In this document: positions 61,864 through 64,000 of the stretch, piece after piece
Numbering within the stretch: the stretch's first letter is position 1
How the letters are laid out: each line of letters opens with the position of its first letter
NCBI GenBank assembly: GCA_013265495.1
Contig: MU058213.1
Coordinates: 5,289,149-5,353,148 of the forward strand
Direction: 5' to 3'
Source of the DNA: Vicugna vicugna
Taxonomy: Eukaryota
Length of the DNA stretch: 64,000 nt
The notes under the pieces: generated by a model
The model's database searches: none
What the model was told of the DNA's origin: nothing
What the model saw: the letters and a program-made list of their open reading frames with translations, nothing else
Made by a program: the position numbers and the translations under genes

Positions 61864-64000
61864 CAATGTTTATATGACATTCTGAATTGCCACTGATCTT
61901 CAAGGCCATGCATAGCTGCTGAGTCAAGTAGAAGGTGGTGCTACTTGCAGACAGGGGATTAGGTGGCTTAGGCTAATGAGAAAAGAGAAGGCTTGGTGAA
62001 AATATTGGGAAGATATGAATAAGAGATGAATGAGAACTTTGCGAGGCACAGTGAAGACTAGATCTGTAGCTTTGTAATACCTCCCCTCTGCTACATGATT
62101 CTGTGATTGTTCTAACTCTCCTGGAGAAGGCAGGTGCTGGATTCTGGCACGAAGGTGGAAGAGACCGTGGAGGCCTGTGGATGGCATGCATAGGAGGAGT
62201 GGGTGGTGGACTTGGGAAACACAACACCCAAGGAAACAGACTAGAACAGAACAGACTAGCATATTATTGCCTATTGGTATGGAAAGGAATCTTAGAGATT
62301 GCTTTCTAGATAAGGAAACCAAGATCAGGCACTTGGAAAACAATTAAGTACTGTTCGTTCAGTACGGGCAGTACAACTGAACGTCAGAGAAAAGAGGTTA
62401 GGCTTAGCGGGAAGAATGTGAAAGGGTGATGGGTCCTAAAAAGATTTCTAGGTGGGGGTTCCGGAAAAATTGAGACAGGATGGATAGGATAATAGGCTGT
62501 TCCTGTGTCTACAGAGGGGAACCATATGGCAGTTCTTAAAGGTCAGAGCAGGGAATCATGTTGGAAATTCTATCAGTAATACCATAAAGGGTCGTGCTCT
62601 CATTTTTAATGAAAAAAATTACACTGCGCACACAGAAGAAGGAAACCAGAGTGGCTGGCCAATTCCCTAGCAATCAGACCATGATACATTAGAATATCCA
62701 AGATCTGCTTCTCTGGTGCAGTGAATGCAGGTGGGAGGAGGCAGGCAAGGAAGGACATTGGTCGGCAGCTACCTGTCTTCCTCATTGCTTTTCAGGCTAT
62801 AATAAATGTATTTAAAAATTAGGAAGCAAGGATGTCAATATGGGCTGAAATCATCTGAGTAGCGATTTGTGACTAGGGTAACTCAAGTCCTCACCTTGTT
62901 CGTTTCTCCTTCTGTTCCTTTCCTGCAGTGCACAGCATCAGTTATCCTCCCTAGACAAGAACAGAAAAGCAAGTTCAACGTCTAGGGTGGGAAAAGAGAA
63001 TATTAGTCTTAACGAAGTTTGACAGGGCAGAAGCCTTGCCAGGTCCACTCGGCCATTCAAAGCTTTTATGCCTCCTGTAGACTATCCCAAGTGCATGCAC
63101 ATCACACCATAGAAGAGGGAAGAAGCTTATCTGGAAAGTATTCCTGTCTCAGGATAGGCCTGTGTCTGAATGCGTCTCTTCCTACGCTCGTGGTGTGGAA
63201 AGGAGTTGTCTAAATCAGGTCATCTCAGCCATCAGGAATGTTCTTTTCCTCTTTTCAGAAGATGCTACCAAAATGTTGGTTAGCTTGGAAGTTGTGCCCA
63301 GGGCATTTAATTGGCTTTAAATTAAAAAGAAAGGAAGACACCAAGGTGCTTTTAATTCTGTTATTATAATAGACAGGGATCCTATAAAAAATACAATGTC
63401 AAGTCTAGGTGAAACTGGTAGGCTGTGAAATGGACCCAGGAGATTTTTTTGTTTCTTTGTATTTTGAAAGGAGAAAAGGGAACATGTTCCTGCTGCAACT
63501 TTATTTAGCATTCACTGTAGGGTCTGGAGCCAAGCCTGTGAACAACGTCAAAGACAGCCTTATGTGTGAGATACGCAGCCCCGGAGCTTCCCTCCAGATG
63601 TCCAGTCCTCTCACCTGTCCCTGCTGTCTAGTGGTAGAGCTAAGTCAGTATATCTTAGGATCAGGGACTAAACAGGATGTTAAAAAAATCATCTAGGTAA
63701 TTTCTCTGCCTTCGGGGAGGAGTAAACCAAAACCATTCCACATGTATTAAATATCCCTTGTTTGTAAATTATATTTCTCTGAAGGGCCTCACAAATGGGC
63801 CCCAGGGGAGCTATTTAGAACTAATTCATCACTGTCAGGAAATTATTTCTGTGCAACCTGCCATATTTCACATTCAGACTTCCCTTCTCATTCTTTTGTG
63901 AAGAGATGCAATATCTGGTTATCATCTTCCTGGTAAGAAGTCTTCACGTTTGTCATCTCTTTTTCCTGGAATACATTTGTTTCTGAAACCTTTCCTCACA

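Noticed and set aside
45315..64000. AQP9 exon 2 (expected to start VLGCG..AQA)
   Set aside because: No matching sequence found by eye. Intron 1 is long in other mammals, so exon 2 probably lies beyond the window.
1..64000. CRISPR array, operon or other prokaryote-type system
   Set aside because: The sequence is mammalian, with spliced genes and eutherian repeats; no regularly spaced repeat-spacer structure was seen.

Overview
Mammalian genomic DNA, probably camelid: the LINE-1 3' ends look cetartiodactyl, and I found no Alu, Bov-tA, CHR, PRE-1, CanSINE or ERE SINEs. The window spans the divergent ALDH1A2-AQP9 locus. ALDH1A2 (RALDH2) coding exon 1 lies on the minus strand (431-547) in a CpG island with TATA and CCAAT boxes. 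AQP9 coding exon 1 lies on the plus strand (45204-45314), followed by about 18.7 kb of intron 1; I did not find exon 2. Most of the rest is L1, L2, L3, MIR, MaLR/ERV LTR and hAT relics, with some unique stretches that look like enhancers. I see no evidence of a new multi-gene system. The most notable observations are: (1) a tailless retrocopy of the tRNA-Gln(CTG) 5' half, ending at the anticodon, with 17-bp target-site duplications and microhomology; (2) a dense candidate hepatocyte enhancer (FXR-type IR-1, NR5A, FOXA, ONECUT, two TCF/LEF sites) about 13.5 kb upstream of AQP9; (3) an RFX X-box pair with a strong splice donor, possibly an unannotated first exon; (4) an internal L1 ORF2 fragment lacking both ends but flanked by a direct repeat; (5) two ERV1 solo LTRs with STAT-type motifs; (6) uORFs and N-terminal changes in AQP9. 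Repeat family names and cross-species comparisons are from memory, not database searches, and repeat boundaries without TSDs are approximate.
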